A stretch of DNA of 64,000 nt from Eledone cirrhosa (taxonomy: Eukaryota): the NCBI GenBank assembly GCA_964016885.1, contig OZ024766.1, forward strand, positions 12,958,001 through 13,022,000, given 5' to 3'. The notes under the pieces were generated by a model, which had not been told where the DNA came from, did not search any database, and was given only the letters and a program-made list of their open reading frames with translations. Positions within the stretch are counted from its first letter, which is position 1. Each line of letters starts with the position of its first letter. The position numbers and the translations under genes are program-made. Positions 13,246-28,722 of this stretch are shown in pieces.

Positions 13246-14971
13246 CAGGAGAACATGATATGAAGGCTAAAAAAACACTTGTGGATAGTGCAGTTTTAAA
13301 TGCGCATAATAAAATACATGGAACTCCTTTAACCATCTTTTGATCTTATATTATGTATACTCCAGTCCTACAAACTGTAGAGTGCTTCTTATCCGATATC
13401 TGCATTGCTTTATTGTACTACAATAAAACTCACCTCCTACATTATATGTATATATATATATATATATATATTCTCTTTTACTCTTTTAACGTGTTCCAGC
13501 GATCCAGTTGAGGCCATGCTGGGGCATGCCCTTGTTACACATTCTTTCTCCAACCTGTGTTGGTTGGCCATTTGGCAAAGAGGGGGTTCGTTGTTGCTGC
13601 CCTTAGGTTACCTTCGAACCATGCTGTGGGCTCATCCAGGATCCTGGTAACAGGGTGTCGAGATGTTCCTTGAAAACATCCACGTCCACACCATGCAGAT
13701 CTCTCAAATTCCTTGGCAGCTTGTTGAAGAGGTGAGGGCCCTTGAACCCCAGGTTATTGTAATACCTGCTCCTTATTCTGTATATATTTATAAGTATATA
13801 TCTATATATGTGTGTGTGTGTGTGTGTGGTAGGAAGTATGGTAAGGAACGAGGTGGACCATAACGCACCAGATCACGCGATACTTTGTTTAGTAGATATA
13901 TATATATATGTGAGTGTGTGTTAAGCTATTCTATTAAATCTACCCCAGGATATCACTGGTACTATATTTTATCAACCCCTGAATTATGAAATCATTTCAT
14001 TTTACGTCCCCTTTTCCCTGCTTGCAAGAGTGGGACAGGAACTGATTCTGGCTTGATTTCTACAGCTTGATGCCCTTCCTAAAACCAACCTCATTTACAG
14101 TGAGTGCTGGGTGATTTTTTGCCGTGGCACCTCTACGACCACTTTACAGTGGAATGATAGGGACCCCAGTCCCTATCATCTCATTTTTACAGCTGAGTAA
14201 ACTGGAGCAATTTGAAATAAAGTGTCTTGCTCAAGGAAACAACACATTACCCGGTCTGAGAATTGAACTCACAACCTTTCGATAAAGAATAATACAATTA
14301 TAGAGATTATAAAAGATTATAAAAGAATAATACATATTATTCCTTTCGAATACAATAAAAGGCCTGCTGTTACAACTTTGGTATTTATTGAGGATATTGT
14401 GACTCGTTTAACCCTTTAGCATTTAAACCGGCCATATCCGGCCAGAAATCTCTCACTTTTTTCTGTTCAAACCGGCTGTAACTAGCCACTCATACTGACG
14501 TTAAGGTATTCTTCTCAAAATAAATATTATCAAAATCTCATAGATTCAATATTATGTGAGATAACTATATAAGATAAAGTGTTTACTGTGACATTACAAT
14601 AGTAAATATAGAGTCATGTAAGTGCTAAAGGGTTAAATAACTTAAATTTACAACTTCAAGGTAAAACTCAGCTCGTAAATGAAATGTATAACCATATTGT
14701 TGCCTTTGAAAAAAAGCTACAGTTGTGGGAACATCAACTTTGAAATAAAAATTATGTGCATTTTCCATCATTTCAAGGAGGGAAATCACAGGATTCAGAG
14801 GTATTTGTGAATATAATTCAAGATTTGAGAAATGAATAGTATAGTCGACACTCGAGATAAAAATTTTAGCTTGTGTAATTTTCCATAATTATTCTTTTAT
14901 GGCGTTCGTCCGGCCCATGGAGGCAAAGAAGTTGGCAATCCCTGATCTACACCAATGTTTTCCTGTTACAG

Positions 14972-15109
14972 TGTGCAGTAGTGGAAGACTTGATGCCAAC
15001 TGTGATCAGGTGTGTCATTGTGAAGATAACAGCAGGTGTAATGTGGAATTAGGGATCTGTTCAAGGGGTAGATGTGCTCCAGGTTATGAAGGAAACAGTT
15101 GTCAGAAAG
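14972..15109 (+). CDS. EGF-like exon, copy 3 (G->D, N->S)
   Basis: Same splice sites, 138 nt; CSSGRLDANCDQVCHCEDNSRCNVELGICSRGRCAPGYEGNSCQK. Confidence 0.87.
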
Positions 15110-18098
15110 GTTAGTTATTTTCATATCTCAGCTTTTGTCTCTCACCAGTCCAGGTACTTTATTTTATCAACCCCAGTACGTTACTGGTACTTTATTTTAT
15201 CAACCCCAGTACATTACTGGTACTTTACTTTATCAACCCCAGTACGTTACTGGTACTTTATTTTATCAATCCCAGTACATTACTGGTACTTTATTTTATC
15301 AACCCCAGTACGTTACTGGTACTTTACTTTATCAACCCCAGTACGTTACTGGTACTTTACTTTATCAACCCCAGTACATTACTGGTACTTTACTTTATCA
15401 ACCCCAGTACGTTACTGGTACTTTACTTTATCAACCCCCGTACATTACTGGTACTTTACTTTATCAACCCCAGTACGTTACTGGTACTTTACTTTATCAA
15501 CCCCAGTACGTTACTGGTACTTTACTTTATCAACCCCCGTACATTACTGGTACTTTACTTTATCAACCCCCGTACATTACTGGTACTTTACTTTATCAAC
15601 CCCAGTACGTTACTGGTACTTTACTTTATCAAACCCAGTACATTACTGATACTTTACTTTATCAAACCCAGTACATTACTGGTACTTTACTTTATCAACC
15701 CCAGTACATTACTGGTACTTTACTTTATCAACCCCAGTATGTTACTGGTACTTTACTTTATCAACCCCAGTACATTACTGGTACTTTACTTTATCAACCC
15801 CAGTACATTACTGGTACCTTACTTTATCAACCCAAGAACGTTACAGGTACTTTACTTCATCAAACCCAGTACGTTACTGGTACTTTACTTTATCAACCCT
15901 GTTAGGATGAAAGCCAGAGCTATAACTTTAGTAGGATTTGAACCCAGTTACGGCCCTTTACGTTCTGAGTTCAAATCCCATCAAGGTAAGCTTTGCCTTT
16001 CATCCTTACTGGGTTGATAAAATAAAGTACCAGTAACACACTGGGGTCAATCAACACCCCTTCCCCAAATGTGTTGGCCTTGCATCTAAATCAGAAACCA
16101 TTAAAATAATCTCTAAATTTCTAGTCAACAATCAATATTATTAGTTAGTAATATTAGTTAATAATTGTTTCTACGTTAGGCACAAGGCCAGCAATTACCC
16201 CAGTGAATTACTGCTACTTTATTTTATCGACCCCGTAAGGATGAAAGGCAAAGTTAACCTCGGTGGGATTTGAACTCAGAATGGCAAGGGCCGTAACTCT
16301 ATGCATCAAAGCATGGCGTCCGACCCTCCACTGATACTGCCAATCCACTGCCATTAATATTATTATTGACTAATAATATTAACTAATAATATTAACTAAT
16401 TATATTAACTAATAATATTAACTAATTATATTGACTAATAATATTAACTAATAATATTAACTAAATAATATTAACTAATAATATTAACTAATAATATTTA
16501 CTAATTATATAACTCTATGCATCAAAGCAAGGCGTCCGACGCTCCACCAATACTGCCAATCCACCGAATAATATTAACTAATTCAAATCCCGCCGAGGTT
16601 AACTTTGCCTTTCATCCTTACGGGGTTGATAAAATAAAGTACCAGTAATACACTGGGGTAATTGCTGGCCTTGTGCCTAATGTAAAAATTATTTAAATTA
16701 TTAGTGAATATTATTAGATGATAATATTAGTTAATATTATTAGTTAATATAATTAGTGAATGTTATTAGTTAATATTATTAGGTGATAATATTAGTTAAT
16801 ATTATTAGTTAATATAATTAGTCAATATAATTAGTTAATGAGGTTAACTTTGCCTTTCATCCTTACGGGGTCGATAAAATAAAGTACCAGTAATGTACTG
16901 GGTAATTGCTGGCCTTGAGCCTAACGTAGAAACAATTATTAGTTCATATAATTAGTTACTATTATTAGTAAATATAATTAGTCAATATAATTAGTAAATA
17001 TAATTAGTCAATATAATTAGTCAATATAATTAGTAAATATAATTAGTCAATATAATTCGTCAATATAATTAGTCAATATTATTAGTCAATATTATTAGTA
17101 AATATTATTAGTAAATATAATTAGTCAATATAATTAGTCAATATTATTAGTAAATATAATTAGTCAATATTATTAGTCAATATAATTAGTCAATATAATT
17201 AGTCAATATAATTAGTCAATATAATTAGTCAATATAATTAGTCAATATAATAAGTCAATATTATTAGTCAATATTATTAGTAAATATAATTAGTCAATAT
17301 TATTAGTCAATATTATTAGTCAATATTATTAGTAAATATAATTAGTCAATATAATTAGTCAATATTATTAGTCAATATTATTAGTCAATATTATTAGTAA
17401 ATATAATTAGTCAATATAATTAGTCAATATTATTAGTCAATATTATTAGTCAATATTATTCGTAAATATAATTAGTCAATATAATTAGTCAATATTATTA
17501 GTCAATATTATTAGTCAATATTATTAGTAAATATAATTAGTCAATATAATTAGAAACAATTATATTTTATCAACCCCAGAATGTTGGTTGTGTGGGGTTT
17601 TTTATTTCTGTATGAAGTTCTGGCAGTCAGCCATATAGACACATGATATGAGTGTGCAACATTGTAGCTATGTTTCTGTCAGTTGAAAGCAAGTCTTTGT
17701 ATTAACTTTTAGAGAAAGTCACACCCAGTTAAATTACATGACCTTAGGTAAGTGTATGGGAGAGACAGGAGGAGAGATAGAGAGAGATAGAGAGAGAGAG
17801 GGGGGTGAGAGAAAGAGAGGGATATCGAGAGAGGGAGATAGAGGGAGAGAAAGAGATGTGAGAGACAGAGATAGAAAGTAAAATGTAGTAGTAATTCTAA
17901 TGTTGTATTATATATATTTATATATATATATATAAATATATATATATGCAGAGGTTATATTTAATTTGTTGGGATTCAATAAGCTTAAACATTTTTATAA
18001 CTGATATAAAGCACTCAACAGTTTGCCTTGGTTGCCCTTGAAATATGTATAATAAAATAAATATGGTTTTATAAATATAGTTTCCATTTATTAATATA

Positions 18099-18156
<58 letters not shown>

Positions 18157-18455
18157 AGGAAAAGAGTCAGGACCCCAACTGCTGATCTCTGGCCGGAGCT
18201 CAGCCGTTGGGTTCCTGGCTCTTTAAGTAAGAAATATATTTCACCTATTAATCCGTAAATCACAGCAGTTAAATTCTTGGATGTTCACCAAATGAGAAGA
18301 AAAATAACCATCTGCGTTTACACAGCAAATGCAAATCTGCGAATGATATGAACCACGTGTTGCATTTTTTTAAAAATACACTCGTTGAACAACGTCATCC
18401 CAGTGGCCTGAATAGGACCATCGACAGCCAGAAATAGCCAGAAATATAAATATAA

Positions 18456-18486
<31 letters not shown>

Positions 18487-19982
18487 CTCTTTTACTCTTT
18501 TAACGTGTTCCAGCGATCCAGTTGAGGCCATGCTGGGGCATGCCCTTGTTACACATTCTTTCTCCAACCTGTGTTGGTTGGCCATTCGGCAAAGAGGGGG
18601 TTCGTTGTTGCTGCCCTTAGGTTACCTTCGAACCATGCTGTGGGCTCATCCAGGATCCTGGTAACAGGGTGTCGAGATGTTCCTTGAAAACATCCACGTC
18701 CACACCATGCAGATCTCTCAAATTCCTTGGCAGCTTGTTGAAGAGGTGAGGGCCCTTGAACCCCAGGTTATTGTAATACCTGCTCCTTATTCTGTATATA
18801 TTTATAAGTATATATCTATATATGTGTGTGTGTGTGTGTGGTAGGAAGTATGGTAAGGAACGAGGTGGACCATAACGCACCAGATCACGCGATACTTTGG
18901 TTAGTAGATATATATATATATGTGAGTGTGTGTTAAGCTATTCTATTAAATCTACCCCAGGATATCACTGGTACTATATTTTATCAACCCCTGAATTATG
19001 AAATCATTTCATTTTACGTCCCCTTTTCCCTGCTTGCAAGAGTGGGACAGGAACTGATTCTGGCTTGATTTCTACAGCTTGATGCCCTTCCTAAAACCAA
19101 CCTCATTTACAGTGAGTGCTGGGTGATTTTTTGCCGTGGCACCTCTACGACCACTTTACAGTGGAATGATAGGGACTCCAGTCCCTATCATCTCATTTCT
19201 ACAGCTGAGTAAACTGGAGCAATTTGAAATAAAGTGTCTTGCTCAAGGAAACAACACATTACCCGGTCTGAGAATTGAACTCACAACCTTTCGATAAAGA
19301 ATAATACAATTATAGAGATTATAAAAGATTATAAAAGAATAATACGTATTATTCCTTTCGAATACAATAAAAGGCCTGCTGTTACAACTTTGGTATTTAT
19401 TGAGGATATTGTGAATCGTTTAACCCTTTAGCATTTAAACCGGCCATATCCGGCCAGAAATCTCTCACTTTTTTCTGTTCAAACCGGCTGTAACTAGCCA
19501 CTCATACTGACGTTAAGGTATTCTTCTCAAAATAAATAATATCAAAATCTCATAGATTCAATATTATGTGAGATAACTATATAAGATAAAGTGTTTACTG
19601 TGACATTACAATAGTAAATATAGAGTAATGTAAGTGCTAAAGGGTTAAATAACTTAAATTTACAACTTCAAGGTAAAACTCAGCTCGTAAATGAAATGTA
19701 TAACCATATTGTTGCCTTTGAAAAAAAGCTACAGTTGTGGGAACATCAACTTTGAAATAAAAATTATGTGCATTTTCCATCATTTCAAGGAGGGAAATCA
19801 CAGGATTCAGAGGTATTTGTGAATATAATTCAAGATTTGAGAAATGAATAGTATAGTCGACACTCGAGATTAAATTTTAGCTTGTGTAATTTTCCATAAT
19901 TATTCTTTTATGGCGTTCGTCCGGCCCATGGAGGCAAAGAAGTTGGCAATCCCTGATCTACACCAATGTTTTCCTGTTACAG

Positions 19983-20120
19983 TGTGCAGTAGTGGAAGAC
20001 TTGGTGCCAACTGTGATCAGGTGTGTCATTGTGAAGATAACAACAGGTGTAATGTGGAATTAGGGATCTGTTCAAGGGGTAGATGTGCTCCAGTTTATGA
20101 AGGAAACAGTTGTCAGAAAG
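19983..20120 (+). CDS. EGF-like exon, copy 4 (G->V)
   Basis: Same splice sites, 138 nt; ends ...RCAPVYEGNSCQK. Confidence 0.87.
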
Positions 20121-23100
20121 GTTAGTTATTTTCATATCTCAGCTTTTATCTCTCACCAGTCCAGGTACTTTATTTTATCAACCCCAGTACATTACTGGTA
20201 CTTTATTTTATCAATCCCAGTACATTACTGGTACTTTATTTTGTCAACCCCAGTACTTTACTGGTACTTTACTTTATCAACACCAGTACGTTACTGGTAC
20301 TTTACTTTATCAACCCCAGTACATTACTGGTACTTTACTTTATCAACCCCAGTACGTTACTGGTACTTTACTTTATCAACCCCCCGTACATTACTGGTAC
20401 TTTACTTTATCAACCCCAGTACGTTACTGGTACTTTACTTTATCAACCCCAGTACGTTACTGATACTTTACTTTATCAAACCCAGTACATTACTGGTACT
20501 TTACTTTATCAACCCCAGTACATTACTGGTACCTTACTTTATCAACCCAAGAACGTTACAGGTACTTTACCTTATCAACCCCAGTACATTACTGGTACTT
20601 TACTTTATCAACCCCAGTACATTACTGGTACCTTACTTTATCAACCCCACGTACATTACTGGTACTTTACTTTATCAACCCCAGTACGTTACTGATACTT
20701 TACTTTATCAAACCCAGTACATTACTGGTACTTTACTTTATCAACCCCAGTACATTACTGGTACCTTACTTTATCAACCCAAGAACGTTACAGGTACTTT
20801 ACTTTATAAACCCCAGTACATTACTGGTACTTTACTTTATCAACCCCAGTACATTACTGGTACCTTACTTTATCAACCCAAGAACGTTACAGGTACTTTA
20901 CTTTATCAACCCCAGTACGTTACTGGTACTTTACTTTATCAACCCTGTTAGGATGAAAGCCAGAGCTATAACTTCAGTAGGATTTGAACCCAGTTACGGC
21001 CCTTTACGTTCTGAGTTCAAATCCCATCAAGGTAAGCTTTGCCTTTCATCCTTACTGGGTTGATAAAATAAAGTACCAGTAACACACTGGGGTCAATCAA
21101 CACCCCTTCCCCAAATGTGTTGGCCTTGCATCTCAATCAGAAACCATTAAATAATCTCTAAATTTCTAGTCAACAATCAATATTATTAGTTAGTAATATT
21201 AGTTAATAATTGTTTCTACGTTAGGCACAAGGCCAGCAATTACCCCAGTGAATTACTGCTACTTTATTTTATCGACCCCGTAAGGATGAAAGGCAAAGTT
21301 AACCTCGGTGGGATTTGAACTCAGAATGGCAAGGGCCGTAACTCTATGCATCAAAGCATGGCGTCCGACCCTCCACTGATACTGCCAATCCACTGCCATT
21401 AATATTATTATTGACTAATAATATTAACTAATAATATTAACTAATTATATTAACTAATTATATTGACTAATTATATTGACTAATAATATTAACTAATAAT
21501 ATTAACTAAATAATATTAACTAATAATATTAACTAATAATATTTACTAATTATATAACTCTATGCATCAAAGCATGGCGTCCGACGCTCCACCGATACTG
21601 CCAATCCACCGAATAATATTAACTAATTCAAATCCCGCCGAGGTTAACTTTGCCTTTCATCCTTACGGGGTTGATAAAATAAAGTACCAGTAATACACTG
21701 GGGTAATTGCTGGCCTTGTGCCTAATGTAAAAATTATTTAAATTATTAGTGAATATTATTAGATGATAATATTAGTTAATATTATTAGTTAATATAATTA
21801 GTGAATGTTATTAGTTAATATTATTAGGTGATAATATTAGTTAATATTATTAGTTAATATAATTAGTCAATATAATTAGTTAATGAGGTTAACTTTGCCT
21901 TTCATCCTTACGGGGTCGATAAAATAAAGTACCAGTAATGTACTGGGTAATTGCTGGCCTTGTGCCTAACGTAGAAACAATTATTAGTTCATATAATTAG
22001 TTACTATTATTAGTAAATATAATTAGTCAATATAATTAGTAAATATAATTAGTCAATATAATTAGTCAATATAATTAGTCAATATAATTAGTAAATATAA
22101 TTAGTCAATATAATTCGTCAATATTATTAGTCAATATTATTAGTAAATATTATTAGTAAATATAATTAGTCAATATAATTAGTCAATATTATTAGTCAAT
22201 ATTATTAGTAAATATTATTAGTAAATATAATTAGTCAATATAATTAGTCAATATAATTAGTCAATATAATTAGTCAATATTATTAGTAAATATAATTAGT
22301 CAATATTATAAGTAAATATAATTAGTCAATATAATTAGTCAATATAATTAGTCAATATAATTAGTCAATATAATATGTCAATATTATTAGTCAATATTAT
22401 TAGTAAATATAATTAGTCAATATTATTAGTAAATATAATTAGTCAATATAATTAGTCAATATAATTAGTCAATATTATTAGTCAATATTATTAGTCAATA
22501 TAATTAGTCAATATAATTAGTCAATATTATTAGTCAATATTATTCGTAAATATAATTAGTCAATATAATTAGAAACAATTATATTTTATCAACCCCAGAA
22601 TGTTGGTTGTGTGGGGTTTTTTATTTCTGTATGAAGTTCAGGCAGTCAGCCATACAGACACATGATATGAGTGTGCAACATTGTAGCTATGTTTCTGTCA
22701 GTTGAAAGCAAGTCTTTGTATTAACTTTTGAGAAAGTCACACCCAGTTAAATTACATGACCTTAGGTAAGTGTATGGGAGAGACAGGAGGAGAGATAGAG
22801 AGAGATAGAGAGAGAGAGGGGGGTGAGAGAAAGAGAGGGATATCGAGAGAGGGAGATAGAGGGAGAGAAAGAGATGTGAGAGACAGAGATAGAAAGTAAA
22901 ATGTAGTAGTAATTCTAATGTTGTATTATATATATTTATATATATATATATAAATATATATATATGCAGAGGTTATATTTAATTTGTTGGGATTCAATAA
23001 GCTTAAACATTTTTATAACTGATATAAAGCACTCAACAGTTTGCCTTGGTTGCCCTTGAAATATGTATAATAAAATAAATATGGTTTTATAAATATAGTT

Positions 23101-23121
23101 TCCATTTATTAATATATTATT

Positions 23122-23190
<69 letters not shown>

Positions 23191-23489
23191 AGGAAAAGAG
23201 TCAGGACCCCAACTGCTGATCTCTGGCCGGAGCTCAGCCGTTCGGTTCCTGGCTCTTTAAGTAAGAAATATATTTCACCTATTAATCCATAAATCACAGC
23301 AGTTAAATTCTTGGATGTTCACCAAATGAGAAGAAAAATAACCATCTGCGTTTACACAGCAAATGCAAATCTGCGAATGATTTGAACCACTTGTTGCATT
23401 TTTTTAAAAATACACTCGTTGAACAACGTCATCCCAGTGGCCTGAATAGGACCATCGACAGCCAGAAATAGCCAGAAATATAAATATAA

Positions 23490-23520
<31 letters not shown>

Positions 23521-25017
23521 CTCTTTTACTCTTTTAACGTGTTCCAGCGATCCAGTTGAGGCCATGCTGGGGCATGCCCTTGTTACACATTCTTTCTCCA
23601 ACCTGTGTTGGTTGGCCATTCGGCAAAGAGGGGGTTCGTTGTTGCTGCCCTTAGGTTACCTTCGAACCATGCTGTGGGCTCATCCAGGATCCTGGTAACA
23701 GGGTGTCGAGATGTTCCTTGAAAACATCCACGTCCACACCATGCAGATCTCTCAAATTCCTTGGCAGCTTGTTGAAGAGGTGAGGGCCCTTGAACCCCAG
23801 GTTATTGTAATACCTGCTCCTTATTCTGTATATATTTATAAGTATATATCTATATATGTGTGTGTGTGTGTGTGGTAGGAAGTATGGTAAGGAACGAGGT
23901 GGACCATAACGCACCAGATCACGCGATACTTTGGTTAGTAGATATATATATATATGTGAGTGTGTGTTAAGCTATTCTATTAAATCTACTCCAGGATATC
24001 ACTGGTACTATATTTTATCAACCCCTGAATTATGAAATCATTTAATTTTACGTCCCCTTTTCCCTGCTTGCAAGAGTGGGACAGGAACTGATTCTGGCTT
24101 GATTTCTACAGCTTGATGCCCTTCCTAAAACCAACCTCATTTACAGTGAGTGCTGGGTGATTTTTTGCCGTGGCACCTCTACGACCACTTTACAGTGGAA
24201 TGATAGGGACTCCAGTCCCTATCATCTCATTTCTACAGCTGAGTAAACTGGAGCAATTTGAAATAAAGTGTCTTGCTCAAGGAAACAACACATTACCCGG
24301 TCTGAGAATTGAACTCACAACCTTTCGATAAAGAATAATACAATTATAGAGATTATAAAAGATTATAAAAGAATAATACGTATTATTCCTTTCGAATACA
24401 ATAAAAGGCCTGCTGTTACAACTTTGGTATTTATTGAGGATATTGTGACTCGTTTAACCCTTTAGCATTTAAACCGGCCATATCCGGCCAGAAATCTCTC
24501 ACTTTTTTCTGTTCAAACCGGCTGTAACTAGCCACTCATACTGACGTTAAGGTATTCTTCTCAAAATAAATATTATCAAAATCTCATAGATTCAATATTA
24601 TGTGAGATAACTATATAAGATAAAGTGTTTACTGTGACATTACAATAGTAAATATAGAGTAATGTAAGTGCTAAAGGGTTAAATAACTTAAATTTACAAC
24701 TTCAAGGTAAAACTCAGCTCGTAAATGAAATGTATAACCATATTGTTGCCTTTGAAAAAAAGCTACAGTTGTGGGAACATCAACTTTGAAATAAAAATTA
24801 TGTGCATTTTCCATCATTTCAAGGAGGGAAATCACAGGATTCAGAGGTATTTGTGAATATAATTCAAGATTTGAGAAATGAATAGTATAGTCGACACTCG
24901 AGATAAAAATTTTAGCTTGTGTAATTTTCCATAATTATTCTTTTATGGCGTTCGTCCGGCCCGTGGAGGCAAAGAAGTTGGCAATCCCTGATCTACACCA
25001 ATGTTTTCCTGTTACAG

Positions 25018-25155
25018 TGTGCAGTAGTGGAAGACTTGGTGCCAACTGTGATCAGGTGTGTCATTGTGAAGATAACAACAGGTGTAATGTGGAATTAGGG
25101 ATCTGTTCAAGGGGTAGATGTGCTCCAGGTTATGAAGGAAACAGTTGTCAGAAAG
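25018..25155 (+). CDS. EGF-like exon, copy 5 (consensus)
   Basis: Same splice sites, 138 nt; all 8 cysteines intact. Confidence 0.88.
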
Positions 25156-27696
25156 GTTAGTTGTTTTCAGATCTCAGCTTTTATCTCTCACCAGTCCAGG
25201 TACTTTATTTTATCAACCCAAGTACATTACTGGTACTTTATTTTATCAATCCCAGTACATTACTGGTACTTTATTTTGTCAACCCCAGTACTTTACTGGT
25301 ACTTTACTTTATCAACCCCAGTACGTTACTGGTACTTTACTTTATCAACCCCAGTACATTACTGGTACTTTACTTTATCAACCCCGTACATTACTGGTAC
25401 TTTACTTTATCAACCCCAGTACGTTACTGGTACTTTACTTTATCAACCCCCGTACATTACTGGTACTTTACTTTATCAACCCCAGTACGTTACTGGTACT
25501 TTACTTTATCAACCCCCGTACATTACTGCTACTTTACTTTATCAACCCCAGTACGTTACTGGTACTTCACCTTATCAACCCCAGTACGTTACTGATACTT
25601 TACTTTATCAAACCCAGTACATTACTGGTACTTTACTTTATCAACCCCAGTACATTACTGGTACCTTACTTTATCAACCCAAGAACGTTACAGGTACTTT
25701 ACTTTATCAACCCCAGTACGTTACTGGTACTTTACTTTATCAACCCTGTTAGGATGAAAGCCAGAGCTATAACTTCAGTAGGATTTGAACCCAGTTACGG
25801 CCCTTTACGTTCTGAGTTCAAATCCCATCAAGGTAAGCTTTGCCTTTCATCCTTACTGGGTTGATAAAATAAAGTACCAGTAACACACTGGGGTCAATCA
25901 ACACCCCTTCCCCAAATGTGTTGGCCTTGCATCTCAATCAGAAACCATTAAATAATCTCTAAATTTCTAGTCAACAATCAATATTATTAGTTAGTAATAT
26001 TAGTTAATAATTGTTTCTACGTTAGGCACAAGGCCAGCAATTACCCCAGTGAATTACTGCTACTTTATTTTATCGACCCCGTAAGGATGAAAGGCAAAGT
26101 TAACCTCGGTGGGATTTGAACTCAGAATGGCAAGGGCCGTAACTCTATGCATCAAAGCATGGCGTCCGACCCTCCACTGATACTGCCAATCCACTGCCAT
26201 TAATATTATTATTGACTAATAATATTAACTAATAATATTAACTAATTATATTGACTAATAATATTAACTAATAATATTAACTAAATAATATTAACTAATA
26301 ATATTAACTAATAATATTAACTAATAATATTAACTAATTATATTAACTAATAATATTAACTAATTATATTAACTAATAATATTAACTAATAATATTTACT
26401 AATTATATAACTCTATGCATCAAAGCATGGCGTCCGACGCTCCACCGATACTGACAATCCACCGAATAATATTAACTAATTCAAATCCCGCCGAGGTTAA
26501 CTTTGCCTTTCATCCTTACGGGGTTGATAAAATAAAGTACCAGTAATACACTGGGGTAATTGCTGGCCTTGTGCCTAATGTAAAAATTATTTAAATTATT
26601 AGTGAATATTATTAGTTGATAATATTAGTTAATATTATTAGTTAATATAATTAGTGAATGTTATTAGTTAATATTATTAGGTGCTAATATTAGTTAATAT
26701 TATTAGTTAATACAATTATTCAATATAATTAGTTAATGAGGTTAACTTTGCCTTTCATCCTTACGGGGTCGATAAAATAAAGTACCAGTAATGTACTGGG
26801 TAATTGCTGGCCTTGTGCCTAACGTAGAAACAATTATTAGTTCATATAATTAGTTACTATTATTAGTAAATATAATTAGTCAATATAATTAGTAAATATA
26901 ATTAGTAAATATAATTAGTCAATATAATTAGTCAATATAATTAGTAAATATAATTAGTCAATATAATTCGTCAATATTATTAGTCAATATTATTAGTAAA
27001 TATTATTAGTAAATATAATTAGTCAATATAATTAGTCAATATAATTAGTCAATATAATTTGTCAATATTATTAGTCAATACTATTAGTAAATATAATTAG
27101 TCAATATAATAAGTCAATATAATTAGTCAATATAATTAGTCAATATAATTAGTCAATATAATTAGTCAATATAATTAGTCAATATTATTACTCAATATAA
27201 TTAGTCAATATAATTAGTCAATATAATTAGTCAATATTATTACTCAATATTATTAGTAAATATAATTAGTCAATATAATTAGAAACAATTATATTTTATC
27301 AACCCCAGAATGTTGGTTGTGTGGGTTTTTTATTTCTGTATGAAGTTCAGACAGTCAGCCATACAGACACATGATATGAGTGTGCAACATCGTAGCTATG
27401 TTTCTGTCAGTTGAAAGCAAGTCTTTGTATTAACTTTTAGAGAAAGTCACACCCAGTTAAATTACATGACCTTAGGTAAGTGTATGGGAGAGACAGGAGG
27501 AGAGATAGAGAGAGAGGGGGCGATAGAGACAGAGAGAGAGAGAAAGAGAGGGATATCGAGAGAGGGAGATAGAGGGAGAGAAAGAGATGTGAGAGAGACA
27601 GAGAGAGAGGGAGAGAGAGAAAGTGGGAAGAATGGAGACTAAAAGTGGAAGAGGCAGAGAGATAGAAAGTAAAATGTAGTAGTAATTCTAATGTTG

Positions 27697-27727
<31 letters not shown>

Positions 27728-27868
27728 CAGAGGTTATATTTAATTTGTTGGGATTCAATAAGCTTAAAAATGTTTATAACTGATATAAAGCACTCAACAG
27801 TTTGCCTTGTTTGCCTTGAAATATGTATAATAAAAAAAATATGGTTTTATAAATATAGTTTCCATTTA

Positions 27869-27917
<49 letters not shown>

Positions 27918-28046
27918 ATGTATAGGAAAAGAGTCAGGACCCCAACTGCTGATCTCTGGTCAGAGCTCAGCTGTTGGGTTCCTGGCTCTTTTCCTATTAC
28001 CCACTCTTCTACCCTAAGTATTGAGTACTCTGGGATATATATATAT

Positions 28047-28098
<52 letters not shown>

Positions 28099-28655
28099 CC
28101 CAAATTAAAATTAAGGGTTGTCATGTCTGAGAGACATGCACCATGCGTAGAATAAGCTGAAAGATTAGATCCGAGCATTACATATCAACTAGAAATATAT
28201 TGACATATATATATATATATATAATAAATACATGAAACAATCACAGGGAATAATTTGTAAAGAATGTAGACACACATAGCTAGGTAGGTAACTAATTAAA
28301 GCTTGACTAGAACTTCAAATATAGATACCTTTTAAAATGATTAATCTCCTTTGTATATATTTCTTTAAGTAAGAAATATATTTCACCTATTAATCCGTAA
28401 ATCACAGCAGTTAAATTCTTGGATGTTCACCAAATGAGAAGAAAAATAACGATCTGCGTTTACACAGCAAATGCAAATCTGCGAATGATTTGAACCACGT
28501 GTTGCATTTTTTTTAAAATACACTCGTTGAACAAGGTCATCCCAGTGGCCTGAATAGGACCATCGACAGCCAGAAATAGCCAGAAATATAAATATAAATA
28601 TATATATATGTATATATAATATAAGATCAAAAGATGGTTAAAGGAGTTCCATGTA

Positions 28656-28722
28656 TTTTATTATGCGCATTTCAAAAACAAACATCATCATGCAATAATA
28701 TTTGTGTTTTCATCAGATAAAA
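28656..28722 (-). ncRNA. Type I hammerhead ribozyme, copy 4
   Basis: Same sequence as 2739-2805. Confidence 0.85.
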
